Assembly: GCA_035516175.1 (NCBI GenBank)
Contig: DATJAO010000060.1
Coordinates: 32,779-96,778 of the forward strand
Reading direction: 5' to 3'
Source of the DNA: Nitrospirota bacterium
Lineage (GTDB): Bacteria > Nitrospirota > UBA9217
DNA length: 64,000 nt
Made by a program: the position numbers and the translations under genes. Below are positions 1-10,620 of the stretch, in pieces. Numbering within the stretch: the stretch's first letter is position 1; each line of letters begins with the position of its first letter. Under the pieces are notes generated by a model. That model searched no databases and was not told the DNA's origin. It worked only from the letters and a program-made list of their open reading frames with translations.

Positions 1-12
1 TTCAGATTTTTT

Positions 13-41
13 TTGACAATCCGGCCATATTCCTTTATATT
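13..41 (+). promoter_or_regulatory. sigma70-like promoter upstream of mtnA
   Basis: TTGACA (13-18), 17-nt spacer, TATATT (36-41). It lies about 55 nt upstream of the mtnA ATG, which has an AAGGAG RBS. Confidence 0.45.
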
Positions 42-94
42 TAAACCAGTACAAAAACTCGTCTGACTTAAATACATCTAAAGGAGTTTCATCA

Positions 95-1156
95 ATGATC
101 CCGACCGTAGAATGGAAAAACGGCATCGTACGGATGCTGGACCAGACGAAACTGCCTCTCGAGACCGTATACAACGAATGTAAGGATTATCAGACCGTCG
201 CACGTGGGATCAAAGAGTTGTGGGTACGCGGTGCGCCGGCGATCGGAGTTGCCGCGGCCATGGGACTGGCGCTCGGCGCCCGGCAGATATCTGCTTCTGC
301 CTTTGAGGAATTCTGGCCAAAGTTCGAAGAGATCTGTAGCCACATGGCGGCCACACGGCCCACGGCGGTGAACCTCTTCTGGGCCATCGAGCGGATTAAG
401 AAGTTAGTACAGGAGAACAGGGACAAGGGCGTTGAGGCCATCCAAGATCTGCTCGTACAAGAATCGCAGCGCATGCTGGACGAGGACGTCGAAACGAACA
501 AGAAGATCGGCAGCTACGGGTCGGTATTCGTGGCCGATGATGACAATCTCATTACGCACTGCAATGCAGGTTCGATCGCTACGGCAGGCTATGGGACCGC
601 CGAAGGCGTGATGCGTGCCGCAGTGGAAGAAGGGAAAAAGATCCACGTATACGTCGACGAGACCCGTCCCGTACTCCAGGGTGCGCGTTTGACGGCATGG
701 GAGCTCATGCAGGAAAGAATCCCCTGCACCCTGATCACGGACAACATGGCCGGTTATTTCATGTATCACGACATGATCGATCTCGCCATTGTCGGCGCGG
801 ACCGTATTGCCCGGAACGGCGACGTGGCGAACAAGATCGGCACCTACAGCCTTGCGGTGCTCTGCAAAGAACATGGCATTCCTTTCTACGTGGCGGCTCC
901 GCTCTCCACCGTCGATTTCACCATGGAATCAGGATATCAGATCCCCATAGAAGAGCGCGACCGACGTGAGGTGACCCATATATTCGGCAAGGTCCAGATA
1001 GCCCCTGATGGCGTGAATGTGGCGAACCCGGCCTTCGATGTGACCCCGGCTCGTTACATCACGGCCATCATCACCGAAAAGGGGGCGTTCCATCCGAAGG
1101 ACATCCACAAACTTGCTGACGGTAATACCGATCCGGAGACATTCAGGATTCGTTAG
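95..1156 (+). CDS. mtnA: S-methyl-5-thioribose-1-phosphate isomerase (eIF-2B alpha/beta/delta family)
   Basis: 353-aa ORF. N-terminus [20 protein letters not shown] and the [12 protein letters not shown] motif are typical of MtnA. AAGGAG sits 8 nt upstream of the ATG. Confidence 0.9.
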   Translation: MIPTVEWKNGIVRMLDQTKLPLETVYNECKDYQTVARGIKELWVRGAPAIGVAAAMGLALGARQISASAFEEFWPKFEEICSHMAATRPTAVNLFWAIERIKKLVQENRDKGVEAIQDLLVQESQRMLDEDVETNKKIGSYGSVFVADDDNLITHCNAGSIATAGYGTAEGVMRAAVEEGKKIHVYVDETRPVLQGARLTAWELMQERIPCTLITDNMAGYFMYHDMIDLAIVGADRIARNGDVANKIGTYSLAVLCKEHGIPFYVAAPLSTVDFTMESGYQIPIEERDRREVTHIFGKVQIAPDGVNVANPAFDVTPARYITAIITEKGAFHPKDIHKLADGNTDPETFRIR

Positions 1157-1233
1157 AACAGCTCTTGTCATGTTGCTATAGCCTGCAGCTGCGCGGCGCG
1201 ATATTTCCGTTCACCAGGAGCGAGGAGGGCCGT

Positions 1234-2325
1234 ATGAAACAGACTGTTCTCCATCAGAAACATCTCCAGTTAAAAGCGAAAATAACGGAATTCCAGGGCT
1301 GGCAGGTCCCCTTCCAGTATACTGATGTGCAGGAAGAATACCAGGCGGTGCGGACCGCTGCCGGGCTGTTCGATGTGAGTTTTCTGGGCAGGCTTGAGAT
1401 CAGCGGTCCCGGTGCATCCGCCCTCCTCCAGAAGGTTTTCACCAGAAATACAGCAAAGATCGCCGAAGGCACTGCCCACTACGGGTTCCTGTGTAATGAA
1501 TCCGGTTTTACTCTCGATGACGCTGTACTCTTCCGCCTTCCCGATTCATCGTCAGGTATCAGATACCTGCTCTCCACGAGTGCCGGTAATACCGACAAAG
1601 TTCTCCGATGGCTTCAACATCATGCAACCGGCGACGTCCAGATAGCCGATAATACCTTGGTCTTATCCCAGCTCGCCCTCCAAGGACCGCACTCGTTCCA
1701 CATCCTGGAAAGACTTGCCGGATCCCATCAGAAAAAATTCAAACCAAGGAGTGTCCGAGAGCTAACCATAGCCGAGAAGCCGGTCATAGTATCACGGAGC
1801 GGCTATACCGGCGAGCACGGCTACGAATTCTTCGTGCCCGCGAACCACGCCGAGAGTTTCTGGGACGCGGTCCTGGAAGCCGGTCAGGAAGAAGGACTCA
1901 AACCTTGCGGCTTCGGCAGCCGGGATCTCCTTCGCCTTGAAATGGGATATCTCCTGTACGGGTACGACATCGATGAAACCAGGACACCTCTCGAGACCGG
2001 CCTCCTGTCCCTCATCGACTTCAAAAAGGACTTCATCGGCAAAGACGCACTGCTCAAGCTTAAAACCGAAGGCGTCAAGCAAACCCTGGCGGGGTTCTTG
2101 CTCCTTGAAAAGGGAATACCGCGGAGCGGTGGGAGCATTTTTTCCGAAAACCGCGAGATCGGGGTCGTGACGAGCGGGAACCAGTCGCCCCGATACCGGA
2201 ACGGCTTCGGGCTTGGCTATGTCGTAAGCCGGTACGCGCAGCCCGGGCAGGAAATCGAGATAGAGGTCCGCGACCGGGAGATTGCCGCCAAGATCGTGGA
2301 AATTCCGTTCTATAAAAAGAAATAA
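1234..2325 (+). CDS. gcvT: glycine cleavage system T protein / aminomethyltransferase
   Basis: GcvT-like sequence ([36 protein letters not shown]). Start moved to the ATG at 1234, which is preceded by GGAGGG. The track ORF begins earlier, at 1165. Confidence 0.85.
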   Translation: MKQTVLHQKHLQLKAKITEFQGWQVPFQYTDVQEEYQAVRTAAGLFDVSFLGRLEISGPGASALLQKVFTRNTAKIAEGTAHYGFLCNESGFTLDDAVLFRLPDSSSGIRYLLSTSAGNTDKVLRWLQHHATGDVQIADNTLVLSQLALQGPHSFHILERLAGSHQKKFKPRSVRELTIAEKPVIVSRSGYTGEHGYEFFVPANHAESFWDAVLEAGQEEGLKPCGFGSRDLLRLEMGYLLYGYDIDETRTPLETGLLSLIDFKKDFIGKDALLKLKTEGVKQTLAGFLLLEKGIPRSGGSIFSENREIGVVTSGNQSPRYRNGFGLGYVVSRYAQPGQEIEIEVRDREIAAKIVEIPFYKKK

Positions 2326-2399
2326 AACACTGTTCATCTCGAGTGCTTCTGCCTGAATACGTCTTGTCTTCTCTCCTATCAGGTAGTATATTATCACTT

Positions 2400-4835
2400 A
2401 TGGAAACCAAGAAAGCCGTCATCCCGGTCAAGGGCATGACCTGCGTGAACTGTGCTGCGGCCATCCAGAAAGATATTTCAAAACTTGCTGGCGTCAGGAA
2501 CGCGAACGTCAATTTCGCGAACGAGAAGGCCGTTGTCGAGTTCGATCCCCTTACCGTCGGTCTGGACCGGTTCATAGAGACCATCCAGGAACTGGGATAT
2601 ACTCCCGTGACCGAAAGGACGATGATCCCGATCATTGACCTTGATGCATCGCGGGTACAGGAACTGGAACGCATTATATCCTCAATAGACGGTGTGCTGA
2701 AGGCCGTGGTGAACGTGGGGGCCGAAACCGTAGAAGTGGAATATGTGCCCGGACAGATCGGGCTCCGCGATATCAGGAGGTCTATGGAGAAGTCGGGCTT
2801 CCGCCTTCCGCAGCAGGCAGAAGGCCGATCGGCGCTCGACATCGAAAAGGAGGCCCGTGAGAAGGAGCTCACGGAACTTCGTACCAAGCTTACCGTCAGT
2901 GCAGTACTCTCCGCGTTGGTGCTCATCGGAAGCTTTCAGGACATGCTCCCCTTCATCACGATCATTCCCCGGCGGACCATGTGGTTCATCCTGTTCCTGC
3001 TTACCACGCCGGTCCAGTTCTGGGCAGGACGTCATTTCTATCAAAACGCCTGGGCGTCGATCAAGCACGGCAGCACGAACATGAATACGCTCGTCGTGGT
3101 GGGAACAAGCTCTGCCTATGCCTACAGCACGGTGCTCACGTTCTTTCCCGAGGCGCTGGGCCACTATGGCAGCCACGGCGGCGCATACTACGATACTGCA
3201 GCAATCATCATTACCCTGATCCTGTTCGGCAAGTATCTAGAGGCCCGTGCGAAATCACGCGCCGGAGAGGCCATTAAAAAGCTTATGGGCCTCCAGCCCC
3301 GGACCGCCCGCGTGGTGCGAGAAGGAATAGAACTGGATATCCCGATCGAGGAAGTGGATGCGGGGGATCTGATCGTTGTCAGGCCTGGGGAAAAGATCCC
3401 TGTCGACGGCGTCATCCGGAGCGGGTATTCATCAGTCGATGAGTCCATGCTCACGGGCGAGAGCCTCCCCGTTGAGAAAAAAATGAGTGATGTGGTGATC
3501 GGCGCGACCATCAACAAGACAGGAACATTTACCTTTGAAGCGACCAAGGTTGGCAGAGACACCATGCTATCCCAGATCATCCGCATGGTGCAGGAAGCGC
3601 AGGGCTCCAAAGCGCCGATCCAGCGGCTTGCCGATTACATTTCCAGCATCTTCGTGCCGGCGGTCATCTCCATCGGCCTGCTCACCTTCGTCCTCTGGTA
3701 TATCTTTGGATCAGCGGAAACCCGGTTTACCTTCGCACTCCTGAATTTCATCGCCGTGCTCATCATTGCCTGCCCATGCGCGATGGGACTTGCAACGCCT
3801 ACAGCCATTATGGTCGGCACGGGTAAAGGCGCGGAACAGGGCATTCTCTTTAAAAACGCCGAAAGCCTCGAGCGAGCCCAGAAGATCGATACCATCGTTC
3901 TCGATAAAACCGGCACGCTCACGCGCGGCGAGCCAAAGGTCACGGAAGTGATCCGGGATGGAATGAGCGAGCAGGAGATCCTGTTTTTCGCCGGCTCAGC
4001 GGAAAAAAACTCCGAACATCCGCTCGGTGAAGCCATCGTACAGGCTGCGCTTGAAAAGGGTGTCCAGATCGAACGGGCGGATGAGTTCGAGGCGCTCCCG
4101 GGTCACGGAATCAGGGCAAGGCTGAACGGCAAAGAGATCGTTTTGGGGAATGACCGGCTGATGACCGAGAGAAAAATCGACTTCACGCCATTCAGGCTTG
4201 CTGCTGAGAACATTTCATCCCACGGCAAGACCCCCATGTTCGTGGCCATTGACAAGAAGGCTGCCGGTATCATTGCTGTCGCGGACACACTCAAGGAGCA
4301 TTCGAAGGAAGCCGTATCCGGGCTCAAGGCCCTCGGCCTCGAGGTCGTGATGCTGACGGGGGACAACCGCCGCACGGCGAAGGCCATTGCCGATGAGCTC
4401 GGGATCAGCCATGTGCTGCCGGAAGTCCTCCCTCAGGATAAGATGGATATGGTAAAAAAACTCCAGGCCGATGGTCGCGTCGTCGCCATGGTCGGCGACG
4501 GGATCAATGATGCACCTGCTCTCACACAAGCGGACGTGGGAATCGCCATCGGCACGGGCACAGACGTGGCCATCGAGGCATCGGACGTTACCTTGATCAA
4601 AGACGACCTCCGCGTGGTTGCGACGGCAATGCGGCTCTCGCGCCGGACCATGAACACCATCAAGATGAACCTGTTTTGGGCGTTCTTCTACAACGTCATC
4701 GGCATCCCTGTTGCAGCCGGCGTCCTCTATCCGTTCTTTGGAATACTGCTGAATCCTATGTTCGCTTCAGCGGCTATGGCATTCAGTTCGGTGAGCGTGG
4801 TGTCGAACTCGCTCCGGCTGAGAAAATTCTCTTAG
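2400..4835 (+). CDS. copA: copper-translocating P1B-type ATPase
   Basis: N-terminal HMA domain with [11 protein letters not shown], the CPC membrane motif ([13 protein letters not shown]), DKTGTLT phosphorylation site and GDGINDAP hinge. Start taken at ATG 2400 ([12 protein letters not shown]). Confidence 0.92.
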   Translation: METKKAVIPVKGMTCVNCAAAIQKDISKLAGVRNANVNFANEKAVVEFDPLTVGLDRFIETIQELGYTPVTERTMIPIIDLDASRVQELERIISSIDGVLKAVVNVGAETVEVEYVPGQIGLRDIRRSMEKSGFRLPQQAEGRSALDIEKEAREKELTELRTKLTVSAVLSALVLIGSFQDMLPFITIIPRRTMWFILFLLTTPVQFWAGRHFYQNAWASIKHGSTNMNTLVVVGTSSAYAYSTVLTFFPEALGHYGSHGGAYYDTAAIIITLILFGKYLEARAKSRAGEAIKKLMGLQPRTARVVREGIELDIPIEEVDAGDLIVVRPGEKIPVDGVIRSGYSSVDESMLTGESLPVEKKMSDVVIGATINKTGTFTFEATKVGRDTMLSQIIRMVQEAQGSKAPIQRLADYISSIFVPAVISIGLLTFVLWYIFGSAETRFTFALLNFIAVLIIACPCAMGLATPTAIMVGTGKGAEQGILFKNAESLERAQKIDTIVLDKTGTLTRGEPKVTEVIRDGMSEQEILFFAGSAEKNSEHPLGEAIVQAALEKGVQIERADEFEALPGHGIRARLNGKEIVLGNDRLMTERKIDFTPFRLAAENISSHGKTPMFVAIDKKAAGIIAVADTLKEHSKEAVSGLKALGLEVVMLTGDNRRTAKAIADELGISHVLPEVLPQDKMDMVKKLQADGRVVAMVGDGINDAPALTQADVGIAIGTGTDVAIEASDVTLIKDDLRVVATAMRLSRRTMNTIKMNLFWAFFYNVIGIPVAAGVLYPFFGILLNPMFASAAMAFSSVSVVSNSLRLRKFS

Positions 4836-4976
4836 ACGATAAGCGTGTCAACACTCTCTTGAACGGTCCGGAAAAGGCTTGAAAGGCCATGCAATGCAGT
4901 TTTTTTCTTTGCGTTCTTTGCGTATTCCACGGGAAACCGTTTCTTTTGTTTCTCTTAATCCCTTCACGGTGAAACA

Positions 4977-5414
4977 ATGAAGTTCATAGCCGACGTCATG
5001 CTGGGAAAGCTCGCAAAGCGGATGAGGCTGCTGGGATTCGACGTTCTCTATGACCGGACGCTCGATGACAACGAGATCATCCGACTGTCTCTGGAACAGA
5101 AACGTATTATCCTGACTCGAGATACGGAACTTGCCGGACGTCCCTTGGCGGCAAACCGCGTGTTCATCAGGCATGATGCCGTAAAGGATCAACTCCGCCA
5201 GGTCATCGATGCACTCATGATCGAATCAGCCCCAGGCCCCCTCACCCGCTGTTCCCTGTGCAATGACACACTCCTCCCGATCACAAAGCAGGACATAAAG
5301 GACCTCATTCCCAATTATGTGTATGTCAACTATGATGGTTTCTTACGGTGTATCAGCTGCGGAAGGATCTACTGGGAAGGAACGCACGTGAGAAATATGA
5401 GATTGTCGGGCTGA
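4977..5414 (+). CDS. Mut7-C RNase-domain (DUF82, PIN-like) protein with C-terminal zinc ribbon
   Basis: N-terminus KFIADVMLGKLAKRMRLLGFDVLYD is the family signature. The C-terminus carries CSLC...CISCG. Confidence 0.7.
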   Translation: MKFIADVMLGKLAKRMRLLGFDVLYDRTLDDNEIIRLSLEQKRIILTRDTELAGRPLAANRVFIRHDAVKDQLRQVIDALMIESAPGPLTRCSLCNDTLLPITKQDIKDLIPNYVYVNYDGFLRCISCGRIYWEGTHVRNMRLSG

Positions 5415-5486
5415 TTGTAGAATTAGGAAATCCGGCCCACCAGGGGCGAGGACGGGCTTTCAGTGCATCCGGAAAATACCACAATC

Positions 5487-6062
5487 TTAAAAATGAAAAT
5501 TAAGCGCAAGGCCGAGAGTAAACGTATCTCCATTAACGTTTGTGGCAACATTAAAGCCATTGATGTCCAGATTGTAATTAATGAACCGGTACACCCCTCT
5601 CACATCGATTGCGACCTGCTCATTGAGGAAATACTCAAAGCCCATGCCGAAATTAAAACCAGGGCCTGAAAATCTATATTGATCGCCGGTGACGTTGTAG
5701 GTCTCTTTGAACGTATAACCTCCCACCCCCATTAGCAGATATAGCTGATTCGGTTGGGGCCTTGGAAACAAAAAAAGCCGTAAATCTATACTCCAACCGG
5801 TCAAATCGCCGCTACTGAATCCCGGATAATGATCTTCATGGTTCGATCCTATAAAATTACCTTCAAGTGCCATCGGACCAAAATTATAACCAAACCTTAG
5901 TTCCAGTCCAAGGGCCGGATCGACGGTGTCGAAGTAAGAATCCGCAGCGCTGGTAATGTTAACATACGTAAGTCCAACGCCCACATACGGGCCCTCTTTA
6001 GCCATCGCAGGCGTGAAACAGAGGAGGATCGCCAATGCTGAAAACAATAATACCTTTTTCAT
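5487..6062 (-). CDS. outer-membrane beta-barrel protein (OMP_b-brl type)
   Basis: Signal peptide MKKVLLFSALAILLCFTPAMA|KEG, alternating Gly/aromatic beta-strand pattern, C-terminal ...LNFHF. Paralogue of 6281..6808. Confidence 0.7.
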   Translation of the reverse strand: MKKVLLFSALAILLCFTPAMAKEGPYVGVGLTYVNITSAADSYFDTVDPALGLELRFGYNFGPMALEGNFIGSNHEDHYPGFSSGDLTGWSIDLRLFLFPRPQPNQLYLLMGVGGYTFKETYNVTGDQYRFSGPGFNFGMGFEYFLNEQVAIDVRGVYRFINYNLDINGFNVATNVNGDTFTLGLALNFHF

Positions 6063-6232
6063 CGCTAACCCTCCAGATAATCTGGATTTGCTGTCGTCTT
6101 AAAATATAGCACACATCCAATGAGAGTCAAGGCAAGTGTACCCGAGTGGGATACTGCCGTCTCATGAGCGCCTCGTTATGACATAGGATGAAAGCATATC
6201 GGAATAAGGAAAGGTCGCGACGGTAATCGAAC

Positions 6233-6261
6233 ACAAAAAGCCGACCGAATCCGGGCCGGCT
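6233..6261 (-). terminator. rho-independent terminator downstream of the OMP gene 6281..6808
   Basis: On the minus strand, AGCCGGCC-CGGATTC-GGTCGGCT (one mismatch) is followed by TTTTTGTG. Confidence 0.5.
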
Positions 6262-6280
6262 ATATCGGATAGGTATGTTG

Positions 6281-6808
6281 CTATAGAAAGTGGTAGGTCA
6301 CGCCAACATCAATTGTCCTCACCGTAGCATCTAAATTAACCGGTGTCCCCTCATCAAAGGTGATCGAAGTACTCGTAAATCCAGCACTGAAGGACAACTC
6401 GGGGAACACATACATGTCGACGCCGAATCCCAATTGACCACCGATGCCTTTTATAGCATTGCTGTTTTCAATTTTATAGCTCCCGACGCCGATCATGATA
6501 TAGGGCTCAATGTGGCTGCCGCTGAGCGGGAAATGGAGTTTCGCGTCTATTGTTCCACCTTTGAAGTCCGTTGTTTCGTTCGTTCCTTTCAGGTCGATGC
6601 TAGATTTGAAAAGAGTCCCTTCTACCGAAAAATACCTCCCAAAGCCATAACCGCCGCGCAGACCCAGGCCATTACCTGAATCTAGATTAGTGTCGCCTGA
6701 AAAATAATCGAAGGGAATATATAAACCCAGATACAATCCTTCTTTTGCCATCGCTGGCGTGGCTATGAGTATTAATGACGACAGTACAAATAAAATAAAC
6801 CTCTTCAT
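6281..6808 (-). CDS. outer-membrane beta-barrel protein (paralogue of 5487..6062)
   Basis: Start moved to ATG 6808 (MKRFILFVLSSLILIATPAMA|KEG). It has the same signal-peptidase site as its neighbour and ends ...GVTYHFL. Confidence 0.7.
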   Translation of the reverse strand: MKRFILFVLSSLILIATPAMAKEGLYLGLYIPFDYFSGDTNLDSGNGLGLRGGYGFGRYFSVEGTLFKSSIDLKGTNETTDFKGGTIDAKLHFPLSGSHIEPYIMIGVGSYKIENSNAIKGIGGQLGFGVDMYVFPELSFSAGFTSTSITFDEGTPVNLDATVRTIDVGVTYHFL

Positions 6809-6953
6809 GAAAACATCTCCTTTCAATCTTACGTTCGTCTGCGCGTCAAATAATGACAAAGCACGGGTTACCGCCAGGATGCAGCGGCAATTCCCCTGTA
6901 AAAACGAAGACGGCAGCAGAATGACGCCGGTGCTTCTTGACGGAGCAACCAGG

Positions 6954-7877
6954 TCATTGCGGAGGAGCAAATGGTGATATCACAGGCGGAGTATGTACCG
7001 GCGGAGGAAGCGGTTTCACTAATGGCTCGGGCTGCGGCTCTGGTTGAGGCTCGGGTTCTGCCTGCTGAGGAGATACCTCATGCTGCGGTTCTGGCTTCGG
7101 TTTCGGCTTCGTCGGCCGAGGCTGTTTAACTTGGAGCGGCTGGTTCGTGATGCCAGCACGGGTAATGGCAAGGTCCCTGATCACGGTTCCTCTCGTCCCC
7201 TTTACGGCCAGTTCCTCGCCGTTCAGCAACAGCCTGACCGCACTCACATCGCTATAACTGAGAAGGAACATATCATCGGCGCTCCAGATAAGGCTCTCTC
7301 CTTTTTTGAGAACTGCCTTCTTCTGGGGGCTGGAATCGGTCCGGACCAGGAGCCAGGTATCTTCAAGAGCTACGACCTCAAGATACAGTTTATCCGGTCT
7401 TCTTGCTTGAAATTGTTCAACGCCCTGCAGTGTGCCGGTCGGGGCCGAAACCGTGACATTCGAGCTTCCCGTATGCTTGTTGGTAGGCATGGACGTAAGC
7501 AGGAAGACAATGAGCAATATGAATATTGCCGCACCCCAGACGAATGGCTCAATAGGGGCCTCCCTAGCCTTCTTCACTTTCCCTTGTTCAGAAATGACAG
7601 TCGTTTTTTCCCCATCGGCTGGCGGAGCCGGAGGAGTCACTGTTTGAGGTTTAAGCGCCGCATACCGTTTTAGGACCTCGGCTTCCTCAAGGTGTAAAAA
7701 CCGTCCGTAGTTCTTGAGAAAACCTTTTACGAAGACCTCGCCGGGAAGTTTGGAGAAATCTTCCTCCTCGAGGGCATGAAGATAATTGACACTAATCCTG
7801 GTCTGCATGGCCGCGTCCCGTATATCAATGCCCATCGCCTCACGCGCGTCGCGCAGATATTTACCTAATGTACCCAT
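6954..7877 (-). CDS. rodZ: RodZ-like cytoskeleton protein (HTH + TM + DUF4115) with Pro-rich tail
   Basis: MGTLGKYLRDAREAMGIDIRDAAMQTRISVNYLHALEEEDFSKLPGEVFVKGFLKNY is the RodZ N-terminal HTH. One TM segment. C-terminal PEPQPEPQPEP repeats. Sits directly downstream of a PilW-like TPR lipoprotein, as in many genomes. Confidence 0.75.
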   Translation of the reverse strand: MGTLGKYLRDAREAMGIDIRDAAMQTRISVNYLHALEEEDFSKLPGEVFVKGFLKNYGRFLHLEEAEVLKRYAALKPQTVTPPAPPADGEKTTVISEQGKVKKAREAPIEPFVWGAAIFILLIVFLLTSMPTNKHTGSSNVTVSAPTGTLQGVEQFQARRPDKLYLEVVALEDTWLLVRTDSSPQKKAVLKKGESLIWSADDMFLLSYSDVSAVRLLLNGEELAVKGTRGTVIRDLAITRAGITNQPLQVKQPRPTKPKPKPEPQHEVSPQQAEPEPQPEPQPEPLVKPLPPPVHTPPVISPFAPPQ

Positions 7878-7882
7878 CCACG

Positions 7883-8623
7883 TCACCTCAGGGTCCTGAT
7901 ATAGTCATTCGCCTTCTGGGCGACTTCACTTCCGGGAGCAAGTTCTGCCACTTTTTTGAATTCTACAAGCGCCGACTTCTTGTTGCCGTCCTTCAAGAGC
8001 GCAACGGCCAGGCTGTACCGCATATATGCATTCTGGGGCGCGGTCCCGACTCCTTCCTGGAATTCCTTGATAGCGTCTTTGACCTGTCCTGCCTCAAACA
8101 ATGCAGTGCCAAGCTTGTAATTGGTCAATTCAAGGTTTGCGTACCGCTTAGCCTCACGGTATGCCTCCACGGCTTTCCCATAATTTTTTTGCGTCATGTA
8201 CATATCACCCATGTTGAGATAGGGTATATGTGGAGTGGTATAAAGCTTGTTTTCAAGAGCTTTATTAAAACATTTAAGTGCTTCTTGCCATTTTTCCTGT
8301 TTTACGTAAACGACCCCGAGCCCGTTGTATGCCTCGGAAAACTTGGAATCCAGACTGATCGCTTCTTTATAGTATTTTATCGCCTCTTCCGGCTTCCCCT
8401 GGATATCATTCAGGACTCCAAGGTAATAATAAGACATTTTGTAGGAACTGTCGGTCTGCAGGGAGCGATTGAATTCGACCGAAGCAAGCTCGTAATTTTT
8501 TTCCTGAAAATGAGCGACCCCCTTCTCAAAATACCCTTCGGCCATCTTTGTTTTGTCAACCGGTTTACCAGTTGTGACGCAGCCTGCGAGCGCCAGAAGT
8601 AACACAATTACCAACGTTTTCAT
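7883..8623 (-). CDS. TPR-repeat lipoprotein (PilW/PilF-like)
   Basis: Lipobox LLALAGC, then several TPR units (A..Y..G..Y......A...F..AL pattern). Confidence 0.75.
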   Translation of the reverse strand: MKTLVIVLLLALAGCVTTGKPVDKTKMAEGYFEKGVAHFQEKNYELASVEFNRSLQTDSSYKMSYYYLGVLNDIQGKPEEAIKYYKEAISLDSKFSEAYNGLGVVYVKQEKWQEALKCFNKALENKLYTTPHIPYLNMGDMYMTQKNYGKAVEAYREAKRYANLELTNYKLGTALFEAGQVKDAIKEFQEGVGTAPQNAYMRYSLAVALLKDGNKKSALVEFKKVAELAPGSEVAQKANDYIRTLR

Positions 8624-8639
8624 ATGGAAGACACCCCTT

Positions 8640-9542
8640 TCAAAATGATGACAAAAGACGTGCGAGCGCTTCCTTATCTCTGCTCACAATGCCATTGGTG
8701 CTGCGGCTCTCTTTACTCAGCTGCGGTTTTGGCGCTCTTACCACGCCAGCCCTGATGGCCCGTTGAATGACGTCTTCCGGCTGCTTCGCTGAAACTTGCT
8801 GGGCCGTTTTCATCGGTGCACTAGCCGGTCTTTCAGGTTGTCTTGGCTTCACCGGCGGCGGCTGAGGAGGTTCCGGTGCAGGAGGCGCAGGGATTGTATG
8901 CGCGGGGGCAGCCGGAACAGCGACCTCCTGGGGCTGGTCAACCGGCGCAGGTTGTGCAACAGAAGCCGTGGATACAGGAACAGCCGGGGCAGCAGCCTCC
9001 TGAGGCTTGGCAGCAGGTTCCGGTTTTGCATCAGAAGCCGTGGATACAGGAACAGCCAGGGCGACAGAATCGTGGGGCTGGACAGCAGGTGCTGCAGGCT
9101 GCTCCAATGACCCTGTGGCCGGCACCGCGCTTTGTTCCACCGGTTTACCCTCAATCTGCTTGTTGAGATTGAAGATAGCCTGGTCGTCTATCCAATGGTT
9201 CCTCTCGTCCGAGGACATTTTCGTGAGATCGATTTCATCGAGCATAGCCCCCATTCCCTCGGCAAAACCACGCGCTTCTTCATCAACGGTATTCATATCT
9301 TCTTCAGGAAAGGGATTGGATGAATGCGGATAGAAAAGCCTTCGGTTCGTACCAAGGAGGTGAAGACCGATGTATGCTGAGATCCTCCCGCCGCCCTCGC
9401 GGCAGAAAATGACGTAGCTTCGGGCCTCCTCAAGGTTCATTTCCGGGGTTGCCACTTGGTGTGTGTTCATGGAAAAGAGCACCTTCAGCATGCTTCTTTC
9501 CTTGACCTTGAGATCGGTTATGGTAGTATCGACGGTAAACAT
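8640..9542 (-). CDS. hypothetical protein with Ala/Pro-rich repeat linker
   Basis: 300-aa ORF in an operon-like position. No family recognised. Contains a 24-aa tandem repeat (A-x-AVPVSTAS...). Confidence 0.55.
   Translation of the reverse strand: MFTVDTTITDLKVKERSMLKVLFSMNTHQVATPEMNLEEARSYVIFCREGGGRISAYIGLHLLGTNRRLFYPHSSNPFPEEDMNTVDEEARGFAEGMGAMLDEIDLTKMSSDERNHWIDDQAIFNLNKQIEGKPVEQSAVPATGSLEQPAAPAVQPHDSVALAVPVSTASDAKPEPAAKPQEAAAPAVPVSTASVAQPAPVDQPQEVAVPAAPAHTIPAPPAPEPPQPPPVKPRQPERPASAPMKTAQQVSAKQPEDVIQRAIRAGVVRAPKPQLSKESRSTNGIVSRDKEALARLLSSF
8960..9057 (-). repeat. in-frame 72-bp tandem duplication inside the hypothetical gene
   Basis: The identical 26-mer cagaagccgtggatacaggaacagcc occurs at 8960-8985 and 9032-9057. 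The period is 72 bp, i.e. 24 codons. Confidence 0.8.
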
Positions 9543-9598
9543 ATTACTTACATAAATTTAAATTGCAAAATCCTCGGCATAAAGGACCGTGGAGGATT

Positions 9599-10507
9599 TC
9601 AAATATCCTCAAAATGCGTGAGGCTCTTGAACTCCCGGTACCTGCTCACAATCTCTTGATAATCCAGGCTGCGGAGCCGATCGAGGCTGAATGCCTCGAC
9701 GTTGAGGGACGCCATGACGCTGCCGAAGATAACGGCCTTCCTCATGCTACCCTCGGTAAAGTTCATGGTGCTGGCCAGATATCCTATGAAACCGCCTGCG
9801 AACGTATCGCCAGCACCTGTGGGATCGAACACCGATTCGAGCGGGTAGGCCGGTGCGTTGAACACGCTGTGGCCATTGAACATAAGCGCGCCGTAGCTTC
9901 CCTGTTTGACCACGACCGTCTTCGGTCCCATGGCCTGTACGCTCTTCGCTGCTTTAACCAGACTCGCCTCTCCGGCAAGCTGCCTGATTTCTGCTTCGTT
10001 AATTGTGAGCAGGTCCACTTCTTTGAGCAAGCGCTTGAGCGCTTCGGGCTTGCTCGAAATCCAGTAATTCATCGTATCGCAAGCAACGAGTTTCGGCCTC
10101 TCGACCTGCCTTAACACTTCGAGCTGGATCTCAGGGTCCACATTCGCGAGGAACACGACATCGGAGTTTTTATAATCGCCGACGATGTTCGGCTTGAAGG
10201 TCGCAAGGACGTTCAGATGAGTGGCCAGCGTGTGTGCCTCATTCAGGTCATACCCGTACTCGCCTTTCCATCGGAAGGTTTCTCCCTTCTGAACCTCTAT
10301 GCCTCGAGTGTCGATGTTTTTGCTCTTGAGAAATTGTATGTGCTCCTTAGGGAAGTCCTCGCCTATAACGGCTACGAGCCGGACATCGGCAAAATAACTG
10401 GCAGAGGTGGAAAAATAGGTTGCTGAACCGCCGAGGGCATTCTCAACATTTCCGAAGGGGGTCTTGACCGAATCAAGCGCGACCGTACCTACAACGAGCA
10501 AACTCAC
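9599..10507 (-). CDS. PfkB-family carbohydrate/nucleoside kinase
   Basis: Ribokinase-fold N-terminus (LLVVGTVALDSV) and the DPTGAGDTFAGGF anion-hole motif. Confidence 0.85.
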   Translation of the reverse strand: MSLLVVGTVALDSVKTPFGNVENALGGSATYFSTSASYFADVRLVAVIGEDFPKEHIQFLKSKNIDTRGIEVQKGETFRWKGEYGYDLNEAHTLATHLNVLATFKPNIVGDYKNSDVVFLANVDPEIQLEVLRQVERPKLVACDTMNYWISSKPEALKRLLKEVDLLTINEAEIRQLAGEASLVKAAKSVQAMGPKTVVVKQGSYGALMFNGHSVFNAPAYPLESVFDPTGAGDTFAGGFIGYLASTMNFTEGSMRKAVIFGSVMASLNVEAFSLDRLRSLDYQEIVSRYREFKSLTHFEDI

Positions 10508-10620
10508 TAAATAAAACCTCCCTGAAATTTAAAATCCAAAAAGCAGAATGAAAAATGGATGAACGCGTAATTTTGATTTTTTATTGATCTTACTATCGTT
10601 TTTTTACTCACGCAGCTGCC

